A stretch of DNA of 64,000 bases. Origin: Octopus bimaculoides. Its lineage: Eukaryota. Where the stretch lies: assembly GCF_001194135.2 (NCBI RefSeq), contig NC_068992.1, positions 52,527,855 to 52,591,854 of the forward strand, in the 5' to 3' direction. This document shows, piece after piece, positions 1-12,715 of the stretch. Made by a program: the position numbers and the translations under genes. Under the pieces are notes generated by a model, which made no database searches, was not told the DNA's origin, and saw only the letters and a program-made list of their open reading frames with translations. The first letter of the stretch is position 1, and each line of letters opens with the position of its first letter.

Positions 1-32
1 GGTCAGGGTTAGGGTTTGAGTTAGGGTTAGGT
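1..32 (+). repeat. Degenerate interstitial (TTAGGG)n-like repeat
   Basis: GGTCAGGGTTAGGGTTTGAGTTAGGGTTAGG; only a few units, not a true telomere. Confidence 0.6.
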
Positions 33-159
33 TTACCCTGTGGATCTATATAAAAACGGGGGGGGGGAAGGTTCAGATTACATATACTCCATCTGGACCT
101 ATATATATACTCAAGTATTTAATATTAACATTTCAAGGTTCGTTTCAGCATTTTTTCAT

Positions 160-361
160 TTTCTGCCGACGGAAACTGCGTCTGCGCAGTGTGCTATGGG
201 AAAATTAGAATGTATATTTGGGAAGACATGTGCTTATGGCCTCTTGTCTTGTAAATATACGTTAATTCCTTGGCGGCTGGTTACTGAAGACGATTTGCTG
301 AGTAAATTACTTTATTTCCTAAAAAAATCAGAAACCTATAGGTCTAACCGTTAAAAATAAG
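160..361 (+). promoter_or_regulatory. Putative promoter / non-coding first exon
   Basis: CpG-retaining unique sequence; near-palindrome ACTGCGTCTGCGCAGT at 175-190 (NRF-1-like); candidate donor AAG|GTAAAC at 361/362. Confidence 0.3.
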
Positions 362-551
362 GTAAACGTTTTTATTTTTTCTTCTCTTTGAAATGTTTAA
401 CTTTGTGGTTTTCGGTTGTTTGTGACTGTCTTCTAGCGTGTAGAAGTTACCTGTTACAGGTAATTTCTCTTATACTTTATATTGAATATGTTGTCTATTG
501 ATTTCTACATGCTAGGCCACTGGTAGTATAACTTTATATAGTTTTGCTACC

Positions 552-585
<34 letters not shown>

Positions 586-608
586 TCAAGTATCTATCTA
601 TTTATCTA

Positions 609-658
<50 letters not shown>

Positions 659-1271
659 TATAGAGAGAGATTTATACATATGTGCATACACACACACATA
701 CATATATGTGCGTATATTTATTAGACACCTCATCACACCTATTTTTCATCTAACTTTTCAACTTCTGACCCGCACAACATTTCTTCCCAAACATCTTAAA
801 TTTGCATATACCAATACATCTTTTGTGCATTTTTTTTACATTCTAACCTGTCCAAACATGGCAAAACGTTTTTGCTCTTCTATGCTCCCATACAATCAAG
901 GAACGTGCTTATTGTTGCAAGTTACATGGTGACAATACAAGTGATAAATGTATGGAAAAGAAAACCATTTGTAACTTTCTTTCAACATTTATTTACATTA
1001 AGCGGATCATTGAAACTAAGACAAACTAAGCATTGAAAATTAGATTAACAGGGGCGTTGAAACTAAGGCAAAGCAGAAACTGGAGCAAGAGGAATACTGG
1101 GTACCATTAGATATTGAGAAGCAGTGTAGTACATGCCAGTATAGAAAGTAGATGATATGAAATTATTTATCATCATCATCATCACCACCACCAGCACCAC
1201 CAAATATATATATTTCGTTTTTGGATTTGGTTTGCAAGATTTTTATGTGATTTCGTGTGTTGAAGCATATT

Positions 1272-1541
1272 CTGTTGTGTCTGGGGAGAGTCATTTTCTT
1301 ACTGTGCCTTAAAATTTAACACACTCACCGGTAAAATTTCCGCTTATTTTTCTTTTTATTTTCCTAAAATTTTCGTTGCGTTTTGCAACCTTATCAATAG
1401 CGTTGACTCAAGATTATTGATAAGGTTGCAAGATGCAAGGAAATTTTAGGAAAATAAAAAGAAAAATAAGTGGAAATTTTACCGCTGAGTGTATTAAATT
1501 TTAAGGCACAATAAGAAAATGACTCTCCCCAGACACAACAG
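1272..1541. mobile_element. Foldback/MITE-like long inverted repeat (about 128-bp arms, 15-nt loop)
   Basis: 1272-1399 is the near reverse complement of 1415-1541 (CTGTTGTGTCTGGGGAGAGTC... / ...GACTCTCCCCAGACACAACAG). Confidence 0.85.
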
Positions 1542-1558
1542 TATATATATATATATAT

Positions 1559-1597
<39 letters not shown>

Positions 1598-2555
1598 GCC
1601 CACATACATGCAAGCATAAAAATACAAAGATACATGCTCAGATGCATGCACACATACATTGAAACATACAAATATGCAAGTACTCATCAATCCATCCATG
1701 CTCATATACATACACACATACATATAAAAATGAATTTTTTTTTTCACAACTTTTCACAGCAAAACAAATTGTAGACAGATTATTAATAAAAGAGTTCAAC
1801 AGTCTCTCCAACAACTTTGTTTTTAATCATAAACAATCTTTGCCACTCCCATGTTGTTCTGAATATATTTCAATGAGCATTGGAACTAAATTAATAGTAA
1901 TTAACAATGGCCTTTTGAAAAATTATTAAACAAATTATATTGTAAAACATGAAATATATTTTTCTTGCTTATTTTTCTACAAAATCTATTTGATAAATAA
2001 AACCTTTAAACTTCGAAAATTTGATTAAAACTTTCCACATGAAATCGCAGGCCGCACCTTCTACACAGTTAAGTAGATTAAAATTTGTTTCTTAAAGAAA
2101 ATAAAAACAACAACAACAGCAGTAGAAAGAAAATGAAAACAAAAGCAAAATTTATGTTGATTCTTCACTTTGCTTTATGGAAGTTATAAATATGGAGTAA
2201 TTATATTTGTTACCAGCTTTCATTAAAGTTGAATTTGGTGTAGTTGGTGCTGTGTTTTGCTGCTTTTGTTGTTGCTGATTTATAAATATTACTTTGGTCA
2301 CTGAATTTAGGTGGAATATGTTATTTGTAGTTTAATTTCTTTTCATTTTCTTTGATTGTTTTTAATTTATTGTTTTTTTTTTTAAATAAAGACAAAAATG
2401 AATTTATGAATTTATGGTACTATAAAATTGATTATTGATGTAGAAAAACTTATACATAAACCCACACAAGCACACACACACACATATGTATATATATTAA
2501 AAAAAAACATATATACATATATACATACAGAGATATACATATAAATATATATATA

Positions 2556-2607
<52 letters not shown>

Positions 2608-2631
2608 CCTATATATATATATGTATGTCTT

Positions 2632-3109
2632 GCAAACAACTCGCACATGCAAGTGCTACCAGTCAAGAACTCCGCATACCGGAAGCCAGCAAGTTTATGG
2701 AGTCATCAGGAGAGAATGCGCGCCGTTTCGCAGCTTACCTCTCGATGGCATCAATGCGCACCGGGCCCTCTCACTGATATGAGGCCCTGCTTGCTAGATC
2801 AACTGATTATTAAAACAAAGCTCAATATTTCTCTAGCCATCGCTCATCGTCTCTTTTTAAGCAAATCCAGTGGCTAGCCTTCCCCACTGTAGTTTGGATA
2901 TCGGTAATGGTGGTATTTACCTAACGATGAGTTAGGCCTAACGATAACAGCAGTTGTCTCACACTGTATCCTACAAATCCTCTACATCCGACTTCGATTG
3001 GAAAATGCTCCACTTTCCAGCCTGCGTCTTCACATTTCTCGAGGAGGTTTTCATAACGGTCCATCTTTCGAGCCCGTGCGGCGTCCATATTATCTTCATG
3101 AGGTACCGT
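2632..3109 (-). mobile_element. 5'-truncated HERO-like non-LTR retrotransposon: C-terminal REL endonuclease plus 3' UTR
   Basis: 3109-2822 translates TVPHEDNMDAARARKMDRYENLLEKCEDAGWKVEHFPIEVGCRGFVGYSVRQLLLSLGLTHR*VNTTITDIQTTVGKASHWICLKRDDERWLEKY*; TVP.E, K...Y and P(I/V)EVGCRGF motifs are typical of HERO REL domains. Confidence 0.8.
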
Positions 3110-3178
3110 GTATTTGCCTTTAGCAGTTGAAATATTTCAAGTAACATATTTCAACTAACCTGAAGTGTGATTATATAG

Positions 3179-3225
<47 letters not shown>

Positions 3226-3971
3226 CACACACACACACATACATATATATGTACACATACACACTTGTGTGCGTATGTGTGTTAGTGTGTGTGTGTCCAT
3301 CGTGGGACATTGGCACTACTGCCACCACTCATGACATGGGCAATGAAGAAGATAAGAAGAAGAAACCAAGGTGAAGATGGTAGAGGATGAGAGCTGGAAA
3401 TAGGCAGAAATAAATAGCAAAGACGAAAGAAGACATAAGTCAGAAGAAGATGATAATGACTATGAAGTATAATGATTTGATTGGACTGTGGTGAAAGTTA
3501 TTAAACAGTCAGCTAATTGTTGAGTTAATCATTTTGTGTGAAAGTATTCAGCAATCAAAATCAACAAATGAATGAAGAATTAATCTATTATAAATATAGG
3601 ATTGTTCAAAGGATATATTTTGGTGTGTTTAGATTAATTGTGGATATGGTTTAGATGGAAGGAAAGGCTATCTATAAATGGTAAGCTGAAAATGGTTATG
3701 GAAGATCTTATTGAAATGTTTGATGGTTCGCAAGCTTGAAACCTTGGTATTGTGTTGCATCATCTTCAGAGCCAAAGTACTTCACTATCAATGTCTGAGT
3801 CTACTCTACTTAGCTATAATTTGTTGCTGTTGCTTGCTATTTGCTCCAAGTTAATCTACCATGTCAGGGCTGTCTTATTCATTCAAGAAATAGCAGTTTG
3901 CTCAATTAAGAACAACTCACCTGTAGAAATACTAAATACATAATGTGCACTTACAATGTAAACTGCAACCT

Positions 3972-4200
3972 TAATCATCATCATCATCATACACAACAAC
4001 AACATTTAATGACTGTTTTCCGTGCTGAAATGGGTTGGACAGCTTAACAGGAACAGGAGAGGCCATCGGCCACACCAGGTTCCTGTCTGTTTGGGCTTGG
4101 TTTCTACAGTGGAATGCCCTTCCTAACACCAACCACTTTACAGAGTGTAGTCTGTGCTTTTTACATTGCACCAGAATCAGTGCTGTTTACATGGCCCAGC
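3972..4200 (-). mobile_element. Family C-related retroposon tail, diverged
   Basis: (CAT)n, then TTCCGTGCTG..ATGGGTTGGACAG and GATGCCCTTCCTAAC-like core shared with 5530-5716. Confidence 0.55.
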
Positions 4201-5529
4201 ACCCACACCAATGCTTTTTTTTTTAACATGTCACTTTTGTTTTAAAATCTCAATTCTGTTGTAGTGGATGGATGCTCTTGTGTACATCAATGTGCCACAT
4301 AGCTCAATCTTCTGTCATCTCCTTCATAAGGTTCAGTGTTTTGAGATTGGCCTTCAAATATTTCATTCCATACCTTCCTGAGTCTCCCTCTTCCACAACT
4401 TCTCTCCATTTTAAGTGATCTTCACTTCTTTATGCAACTGTCCTACCCATCCTCATCATATGACCAAACCAGCACAGTCTCCTCTCTTGAACACTGTATT
4501 TAATTCGCTTTATGCCCAACTTCTGTCTCAAAACACTTGTACTCTGTCACCCATGCACACTAATATCGCATGTCCAAAAGAGCATACTAGTTTTGTTTCT
4601 TTTTAGCCTTCACATGTCCTCCACATTTAGGATTCACAACTCCCATAATTTTCCTAACATACTGACCAAAAACAAATAGCAAAACAGAAATAATAAAAAT
4701 AAAGAAAATAAAAAAAAATCCTATTTGAATAATAAGACACTAATTCCCCTTTTAATCCATGTACTATAAAAGAACATAACATTGATTATTCCCTCACTTT
4801 TCTTTAAGACTATTTTAAATAAAGAAAACCAAACAAAATATCAAAACATATATACTAAAATAAAAAAAGAAAGAAAATAGATGGCATTTCCAGATAACCT
4901 AAATCTATTTAAGTCATTTGAACTGTTCTTCTGTTCTGAAAGCTGTTGAATAGGTAATCTTGTGAAACAGTTTCCTGATTAATCCTCCAAACAATAATCA
5001 GTTGATGACTTCGGTTCAAGTTGACAAGAAACACATTTTACTGACAATGAATCATTAACATGACATTGCATTTACAATGCAGTATATCCTTTTAAACCCA
5101 TGCTGTCACTTTTAATTTCTCTCCTCTTCAGAACATCCTCTTTTCTTCTCTATACCCTTTCCTCTTATGTTGCTTTTTATTTTCTAGTCCATGATAATTG
5201 CTTTACATTTCAATCAGTCAAACTCAATTGTTCTTATCTAGTATAGTCAGAATTCTTTTTGTTGGAGCAAATATTTTTATAGTTCTGTGCCTTTTCCACT
5301 TTTAATCCCATAAGTTTAATAAGGTATAACATTTATCATCCGAATCAGTGTTATATTATGTACCTTTCCAACCTTTTCACACAATGTATATATCTTTTAT
5401 AGTTTGGTCACATAACAATACAGTTCCTTAAATTTAAAGTCATCTTATTCCATTGTTTTATGAGCATTGAAGACCCACCATTTCATATGAGGCTTGTTTT
5501 CACCATAATTCCTCAAGGATATGTTTAAA

Positions 5530-5716
5530 TCATCATCATCATCATCGTTTAACGTCCGCTTTCCATGCTAGCATGGGTTGGACGATTTGACTGAGGACTG
5601 GTGAAACCGGATGGCAACACCAGGCTCCAATCTAATTTGGCAGAGTTTCTACAGCTGGATGCCCTTCCTAACGCCAACCACTCAGAGAGTGTAGTGGGTG
5701 CTTTTACGTGTCACCC
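5530..5716 (-). mobile_element. Family C retroposon 3' portion with (ATG)n tail
   Basis: CATCATCGTTTAACGTCCGCTTTCCATGCTAGCATGGGTTGGACG...; recurs at 15.1, 21.0, 32.8, 38.7 and 47.7 kb. Confidence 0.8.
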
Positions 5717-5719
5717 GTT

Positions 5720-5925
5720 GGTTTTAAATTTTGGCAGCAATTTCAGGAAAGAAGGTAAGTTGATTATATTGACACCAAAGTTCAACTGGTACTTATTTTA
5801 TCAACTCCGAAAGGATGAAGGGCAAAGTCTACCTTGGCATAATTTCAACTCAGAATGCGAAGAAAGGTGAAATGCTCCTAAGCATTTTGCTGGCATGCTA
5901 ACGATTCTTCCAGCTTGGTACCTTA
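5720..5925 (-). mobile_element. Family D SINE, diverged
   Basis: Reverse complement resembles 29728-29935 (...CTTTCATCCTTTC...GATAAAATAAGTACCAGTT). Confidence 0.6.
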
Positions 5926-7544
5926 GGCATAACTTAGTATAATTAGCTAGCAATGAATTTTACAGAGATGAGGATATCTCTGAGTAACCATATACTGGAT
6001 TTTATTGAGTAAGTCTAAATGTCCCCTTTGATTTTCCTTCATCATAGAGCAATTATATGAAGTTGTAATGCATGGGCAGTGGACTGGCAGAATTGTGAAG
6101 ATGTTGAATGAAATGCCCTAAAATATTTGTTCCATCCCTTTACGTTCTGAGTTTGCCATTGAAAACACTGGTGCCAAACTGTATTCGTCTTACTTTGGGT
6201 AACATTGATGATAATAAAAGGTGAGTCTCACTGTTGAAGACAATACAAATGTTGGCATTCTATAAAACTGTAAAAACACTTCAGTCAGGCCTGCATTTCA
6301 AAGAACTTTCCAGTTGTAGCTATATGACCAGAGCTCTGAGACGATAGTAGCCATGCCTTCAATAATAGAGGTATGACTGATGATGTATTGATAAGTTATT
6401 GGTATATTCTTAATTGGATGCTAAATGACTTGCAAGACTAGATAGAAAAGAAGGAATATAATGCCTTACCCAAGAATATACCACCTCAAATCTAGACAGA
6501 ATATGTTTACCTTGAATACTAAATTATGGGGTCTTTATGCAACTACACAACCTGTGATAACCACATTCTAATTATGGTAGCTGTAGGTTGATTAATATTT
6601 TGGATGACATATTCCAATGCGATGTAACTTTTTGAAAGGTCACATTTAAAAATCTTCTCAGAATTGTGAAATGAATCAGGTTGACATTTATTTAATTATT
6701 CTAATTTAATTTTATTTTGGTTGGATGGGTTTTATTTTGAGTTACCTCCCACCTAGATGGGTCAGAGCACTATGTTTTGGTTTTATATTCTGCTATGGTT
6801 TCTATGGCTGGTTGCCATTACTAGAATCTTCCACATTACAAAGTGTACTTGCTGCAGAATATTGTGGAGCCAACAACAACAACACTAGACTAGCTGTTAT
6901 ATTCTCAACAAAACATCGATTTTCTAGTCTTCTGAGTAATAAGATATCATTAAAATATTCTCAATTGGATGTTAAATGATTTGCAAGAGTGGATAAAAAA
7001 GAAGGAAAATAAGAACTGCATTTACAATACACCACCACAAATCTATCATATTAAATTGACCGTGAACACCAGGATGTAGGGCCTCATATATCTAGAAAAC
7101 TACTAAAATATCATCTGAGTGACTACACATATGTCTAGTGAAAAATAATGAAAGTTTAACACAAATGGCTACAAAATATGAAGACAAAATCTTTTGCTCT
7201 TCTGCGTTAAGTAATTCCAAGCAGAAGCTGAAATAATAAATAGTTGTGAGAAGAAAAGAGGAACAACATCATAAGTTATCGAGAAAATGTTAGAATTAGA
7301 CAAGGAACGAGGCTACAAAATTATCATGCTTAAACTGTTGGCAAGAAAAGAATCCCTAAATGGTAAGTACCTGAAAAAAAATAAATAAATAAATAAAAAA
7401 GAGAAAAACTGAAGATGGTGAAAAGACAAACAAGGAAAATTATTCACTAATGGAAAAGCAGAATATTTGATTGTGATACAGCATTAAGGCCTTCCTATCA
7501 TATATTCACCAACAACGAGTAATGAATTATTGTGCAGTCATGTG

Positions 7545-7715
7545 GCTAAGAGGTTATGTTGTTTGACTCATGGTTGTAAGATTGTGCTTTTGATTCTTGA
7601 ACCGGGTGATGCATTGTGTTTTTGAGCAAAGCACTTCATTTCATGTTGCTCCAGTTCTCCTAGCTGGCAAGTAATCCTGTGATGGACCAGTTCTCATCCA
7701 GGTGGAGAGAATATA
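7545..7715 (+). mobile_element. Family E tRNA-head SINE interrupted by a mariner; tail resumes at about 9004-9025
   Basis: Matches the minus-strand copy at 37825-38044 (TTGAGCAAA.CACTTCATTTCA.GTTGCTCCAGT); ATGGAAGCCAGGAAACC continues after the mariner. Confidence 0.65.
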
Positions 7716-9003
7716 TTGGGTCATCCCATAAATAATGTGGCTTTTTTATACTTCTTTTTTTTCTTCAAAATTAAGATAAGCAAAATTCTTTTTTAATCTA
7801 AAATATACTTTTCTTCATTTTCTACAATGCTCTTCTATCCCTTTGGTAGACTTTCAAGGCCCCTCTTCCAAAATTTATTTGTCCATGAGGAAAAATACTC
7901 CCCTAGTACTGTTCTGACTTCATCTACAGAATTCATATTTTTTCCATCCAAATGATTTTGAAGACAGCGTAATAAATGGTAATCAGATGGGGCAATATAC
8001 AGCAAATATGGTGTGTGGAGTATTGTTTCCCATTCAAACTGCTCCAGCTTTTGGAATGTCATCCTCACTGTATGTGGCCGAACATTATCCTAATAGAAGA
8101 ACAACTTCGTCTTGAAACCAAAGATGGTCTTTTTTTCTTCTAGCACTGACTTAAGCCACTCAAGCTGCTCACAGTAGATCTCCTTTGTTATCATTTGGTT
8201 TGGGTTTAAAAGTTCAAAGTCGACTAAACCTTTCATATCCCAGCTAACAGATAACAACATATATGATTTGAAGACCTTCTTTAGCCTGGGGTACCAGTGT
8301 TTTTCCTTTCCCTACCCATTGTTTTCAGCACTTGACATTTTTATATAGAATCCATTTCTCATCACCAGTCACTATTTGGTCCAAAAAAGGTTTATTTGTG
8401 AGATGTAACATCAAAGAAGAGTACATATTTGCTCTCTGCATGTGATTAGACTCGGCAAGTTTGTGAGGAACCCATTGACCCAATTTGCTGACTTTTCTGA
8501 TGGCACGCAAGTATCAATGAATGGTTGAAGGATGAACTCCAAGCTTCTCTGCTAGTTCCTCAACAGCTACGATTGGATTTTGTTCCACCAGGGTTTGCAG
8601 GACATCCTCATCGAGCTCTACAGATCTACCAGGACAAGGCTCAGCTTCTAGGCTGTAGTTTCTGGCTCAGAATTTCTGGAACTACCGTTGACACTGGCTT
8701 ATACTTATTGTGAGATCCTCATATACTGCATCAATATTCCTCACACTTTCCATTGCATTTCTGCCTTTATTGAACTCATAAAGCAAAATATGCCGAATAT
8801 GCACCTTTGTTATTTCCATTATAGCTTTGAAAACATAACTGTTAAAACTGAACTGCACTCTTCAAAACTTGCACTAAGAATAAGTATAAAGCAAAATTAA
8901 TACCTGCTTTTATAACAAGTTGATGCAGGTAGTTTATCGTGTCTCCCTCCGACTTTTAGTTCATGCAATTGAAAAAAACCATATTATTTATGAGATGACC
9001 CAA
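7716..9003 (-). mobile_element. Full-length inactive mariner transposon (1288 bp, TIRs, TA target site)
   Basis: TIRs TTGGGTCATCCCATAAATAATGTGG / CCATATTATTTATGAGATGACCCAA flanked by TA; transposase from ATG at 8819 (MEITKVHIRHILLYEFNKG...WVPHKL...TGDEKWILY...APSDYHL) with stops and frameshifts. Confidence 0.95.
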
Positions 9004-9949
9004 TATATGTAATGGAAGCCAGGAAACCTGCAGGAAATAAATTCTTAAGCAATTGCCAGATATACGGAAGTTAGGAAGAAATAATTAATTAAATAGTTTC
9101 TAACAGCCTAAACTTAAATCAAAAGGAATTCATCTATATTCATGAACTCAAAATGCAAAGATGAATGAAACTGTTACAAGATGTCTGCTTCCTTGGCATG
9201 GCCAGAATAATCAGGAAAATATTAGCTAACTGAAAAGAATGGATAGCTGCAGGTAATAAAGTTCGCTATACATGTAAGACTCCTATGATGGTAGCATTTG
9301 TTTACAAGAAGCAATACCAAAAGAAGAAGACTTGAATACATGTACACATGCACGTGCATGCATACACAAGTATCATCATTATTAACCTCATCCAAATTGT
9401 GCCAAGGTTGACTTTACCATTCATCCTTTAGGGGTCAATAAAATTAATTCCAGTTGATCGCTAAGGTCTATGTAATCGCTGGTTTTGTGCCAAAATTTAA
9501 AATCATTATTAACCTCATCGTTTAATGCCTGCTTACCATGAAGGCATGTGTTGGACACATACTACGAGATTTATTCTGTTTCCTTCAACTGAATCAACTC
9601 ACAAATCTTTCATCAACCTAGATCTATAAGGAAAGACACTTCTTCAAGGTCCTACACAAGGTGTCTCTACCTGACACCGTTTGGATCTGAAGCAAATTTC
9701 TTAACCAGACAGCAGCGTCTGTTGCCCCTGTGTCATGACAAAACATGCATTGATGCAGACAACTATATAAGCAAAACACTAGAACTGCACAAATATAATG
9801 GTAGTAGATACTGCATGTGTATGTTGCATAGCTTACTTTTAAATTGTCAGTAGATACAAAACCAAAAGAAAACACTTCACATTGCTAATACCAACAGAGC
9901 TGCACATGATAGTTGCAGTGATTGTATGCAAATAGAAATAAGACTGAAT

Positions 9950-10200
9950 GATGATGGTGGTGGTGGTGGCAATGATGTAGATGTTAATATTGATGATGAT
10001 GACTATAATAATGATAAGAAAAACAACAACAGTAGTGATAACAACGTTAGTAATGATGATGATGAGGAGGAGGAGGAGAACAGTGGTGGTGACAGCGATG
10101 ATGATGTTGATGGTGGTAGTGATTGTGATGATGGTGAGAAGAAGGAGGGGAGGAGGAGAAGCGGAAGAAGAAGAAGAAAAAGAAGAAGGGGAAAATGAAG
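9950..10200. repeat. Compound GAT/GGT/GAG/GAA trinucleotide low-complexity tract
   Basis: Direct reading; source of spurious poly-D/E ORFs. Confidence 0.9.
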
Positions 10201-10506
10201 AATTATAATACAGAAATGATTAATGTTCACTCCTTCTATTACCGGTTCCTGTTACCAGAATTGTCTTATGAAAGTGGATCATTATAGAACAATTCAAGAG
10301 TTGCACATGTTATGTAATTTTCTTCAGAATTCTTCATGTTGCAATTGTTTGTAATTGAAAAGAAAGAGCGGAATCGAATTGATTCTTCCTCTTAACTCTA
10401 TTATTTGATGCTATCCAGCAGTTTATGGGTATTTCCGGCACTCCATATATTGCGATTGCTCCTTGTGTTTTATTTTTTTTTTCTTTAGCTTTTGTTATTA
10501 CAAATT

Positions 10507-10537
<31 letters not shown>

Positions 10538-10687
10538 TTTTTGATTGCCTGTACAAATGAGCACCAATAATTCTTAGTCGAATATTCTTATTATTGTAGA
10601 CTTATACTGAGCAATTTCGACTCACTTGTTTTAGAAGATCTGTGACCCCCAAATTAGAGCTCAAAGTGTTCAAAGGTGATCTCATAT

Positions 10688-10890
10688 GTTGAGGCGCAAT
10701 GGCCTAGTGGTTAGGGAAGCAGACTCACGGTCATAGGATCACGGTTTCGATTCCCAGACCGGGTGTTGTGAGTGTTTATTGAGCAAAAACACCTAAAAAG
10801 CTCCACGAGGCTCCGGCAGGGGATGGTGGCGAACCCTGCTGTACTCTTCCACCACAACTTTCTCTCACTCTTACTTCCTGTTACTGTTGT
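10688..10890 (+). mobile_element. Family B tRNA-derived SINE, 5' half
   Basis: A-box-like TGGCCTAGTGG and B-box-like GGTTTCGATTCC; ends near CTTCCTG. Confidence 0.85.
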
Positions 10891-10956
10891 TGTTGTATAG
10901 CTTCGGATTGAGTGAGATTGAGTAGAACAAATGATGTGATGAATTCCAGCCATAAC

Positions 10957-11342
10957 TGTTGTTGGCACTCCATCGCTTACGACGTCGAGGGTTCCAGTTG
11001 ATCCGATCAATGGAACAGCCTGCTCGTGAAATTAACGTGCAAGTGGCTGAGCACTCCACAGACACATGTACCCTTAACATAGTTCTCGGGGATATTCAGT
11101 GTGACACAGTGTGACAAGGCTGACCCTTTGAATTACAGGCACAACAGAAACAGGAAGTAAGAGTGAGAGAAAGTTGTGGTGAAAGAGTACAGCAGGGTTC
11201 GCCACCATCCCCTGCTGGAGCCTCATGGAGCTCTTAAATGTTTTCGTTCAATAAACACTGACAATTCCCGGTCTGGGAATTGAAACCGCGATCCTATGAC
11301 CGCAAGTCCGCTGCCCTAATCACTGGGCCATTGCGCCTCCAC
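10957..11342 (-). mobile_element. Family B SINE, full length
   Basis: Collinear with copies at 43.8-44.2 and 53.1-53.5 kb; (AAC)n tail. Confidence 0.9.
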
Positions 11343-12289
11343 GATCGTTTACCTAATACTACATCATCCAATTTTTAAAGATGGCATGCAGCAAAAGAGG
11401 GAACATTTAGTTGCAATTTCTAGATGACAATGTTAACTATGTCACATACCTAGTGCCAGTTGGGATGGTAGTAGTAGTTGTACTGGTGGTGGGTTAAAGT
11501 TTTTGTCAAAAATGAACGAATCTAAATTCAAATCTGATCGAGATTTAATTTCAGAGTTTAATCATTATCGCATTATTATTGATGCTATTTAAAATTATCA
11601 TTATTATTATCATTATTATTATTATTATTGCTATTATTCCTTTGATATCAGCTAGATAACAAATATTGCCTGAGCAACAATCAATTACCTAAAGCAGGCA
11701 TTGCATTGTAATATTAGTATTCAAATATAGCTTTTAGTTTAGTCATTCTTGGGTTGTCATTCTTTGAGAGAGTAATAAAGAAGAAACAATGTTTTTCGTA
11801 TATAGATTACAAGGACAAGAACTGACCTAGAGCATGAGCTTTATGGTGAAGTACTATTCATTGCACTCTGAATATGTTAGGATTTCCTTGGAGTTTTTCA
11901 AGGAAGCCACTGGCTGTTTCCTTTATAACCCTCAGGTTACATTTTCTCTCTTCTAATCACCTTATACTCTGATAATCACCAAAAGATTACATTATAAACA
12001 AAATTTTTCTCAATTAAAGATAATATCACTTCAATACCTCCAGCGTCAGGCTCTTTCTAAGCTATTTTAATCATAATTACAATAGAAATAATAACAATTA
12101 TATTTACATTAAATAAAACAATAATTCATTATATTACTGATGGTATTATTTTCTTAATTAATACAAGTATTCCCTGCCATCTTATCAATACTAATTACAC
12201 TATATCAATCAATTTTAAACTTATATTTCTATCATTTTTTTATTAATATCAAAACAGATAAAAATCATATCTTACTATTACATCAACTA

Positions 12290-12480
12290 TTATGTATTAT
12301 TACCTAGTGGTCCAATCCCAAGTGGTATTGTTTCCATTTTTAGGAGTCTCATTCTGTATTATTTTAATTTGTAGGTTTTTATACTTGGAAAGTTTATCAT
12401 ATTCTTTGGCACGTATCTTTTTATCAGATGGTATCATCCGATCTATAGATAGGCTGGTCTTGTTTTTGGCATCTTTAAAA
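12290..12480 (-). mobile_element. R4/Dong-like LINE REL endonuclease relic
   Basis: KDAKNKTSLSIDRMIPSDKKIRAKEYDKLSKYKNLQIKI, frameshift, then MRLLKMETIPLGIGPLG; resembles R4-clade ID..IP.D..I..KE.EK..KY..L...IP..IG.LG. Confidence 0.65.
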
Positions 12481-12499
12481 AGTCTGAGCAGTTGGTATT

Positions 12500-12700
12500 A
12501 TGTAGTAAAGATTGTATGCCAACGTAACATGGCAGTCCTGGTTTAGGACTAATGTTGCTGTAATTTAGTCCCAGGAGACGTCGTCTCCAGCTGGCTATAC
12601 AACACGATCTGTGTCCTTATATTTTCGAACAGCTCAAAACAATATCTGTGTAATGCGATTTCTGGGTTATTTCTCTTCATCAGCACAGAATAATTGTTCG
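12500..12700 (-). mobile_element. Penelope-like terminal repeat with a degenerate hammerhead core
   Basis: CTGTG-CTGATGA-AGAGAAATAACCCA-GAAA-TCGCATTA-CACAG at 12688-12646; 12500-12630 recurs inverted at about 22095-22230. Confidence 0.55.
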
Positions 12701-12715
12701 GCTAGAGGTGGCGCT

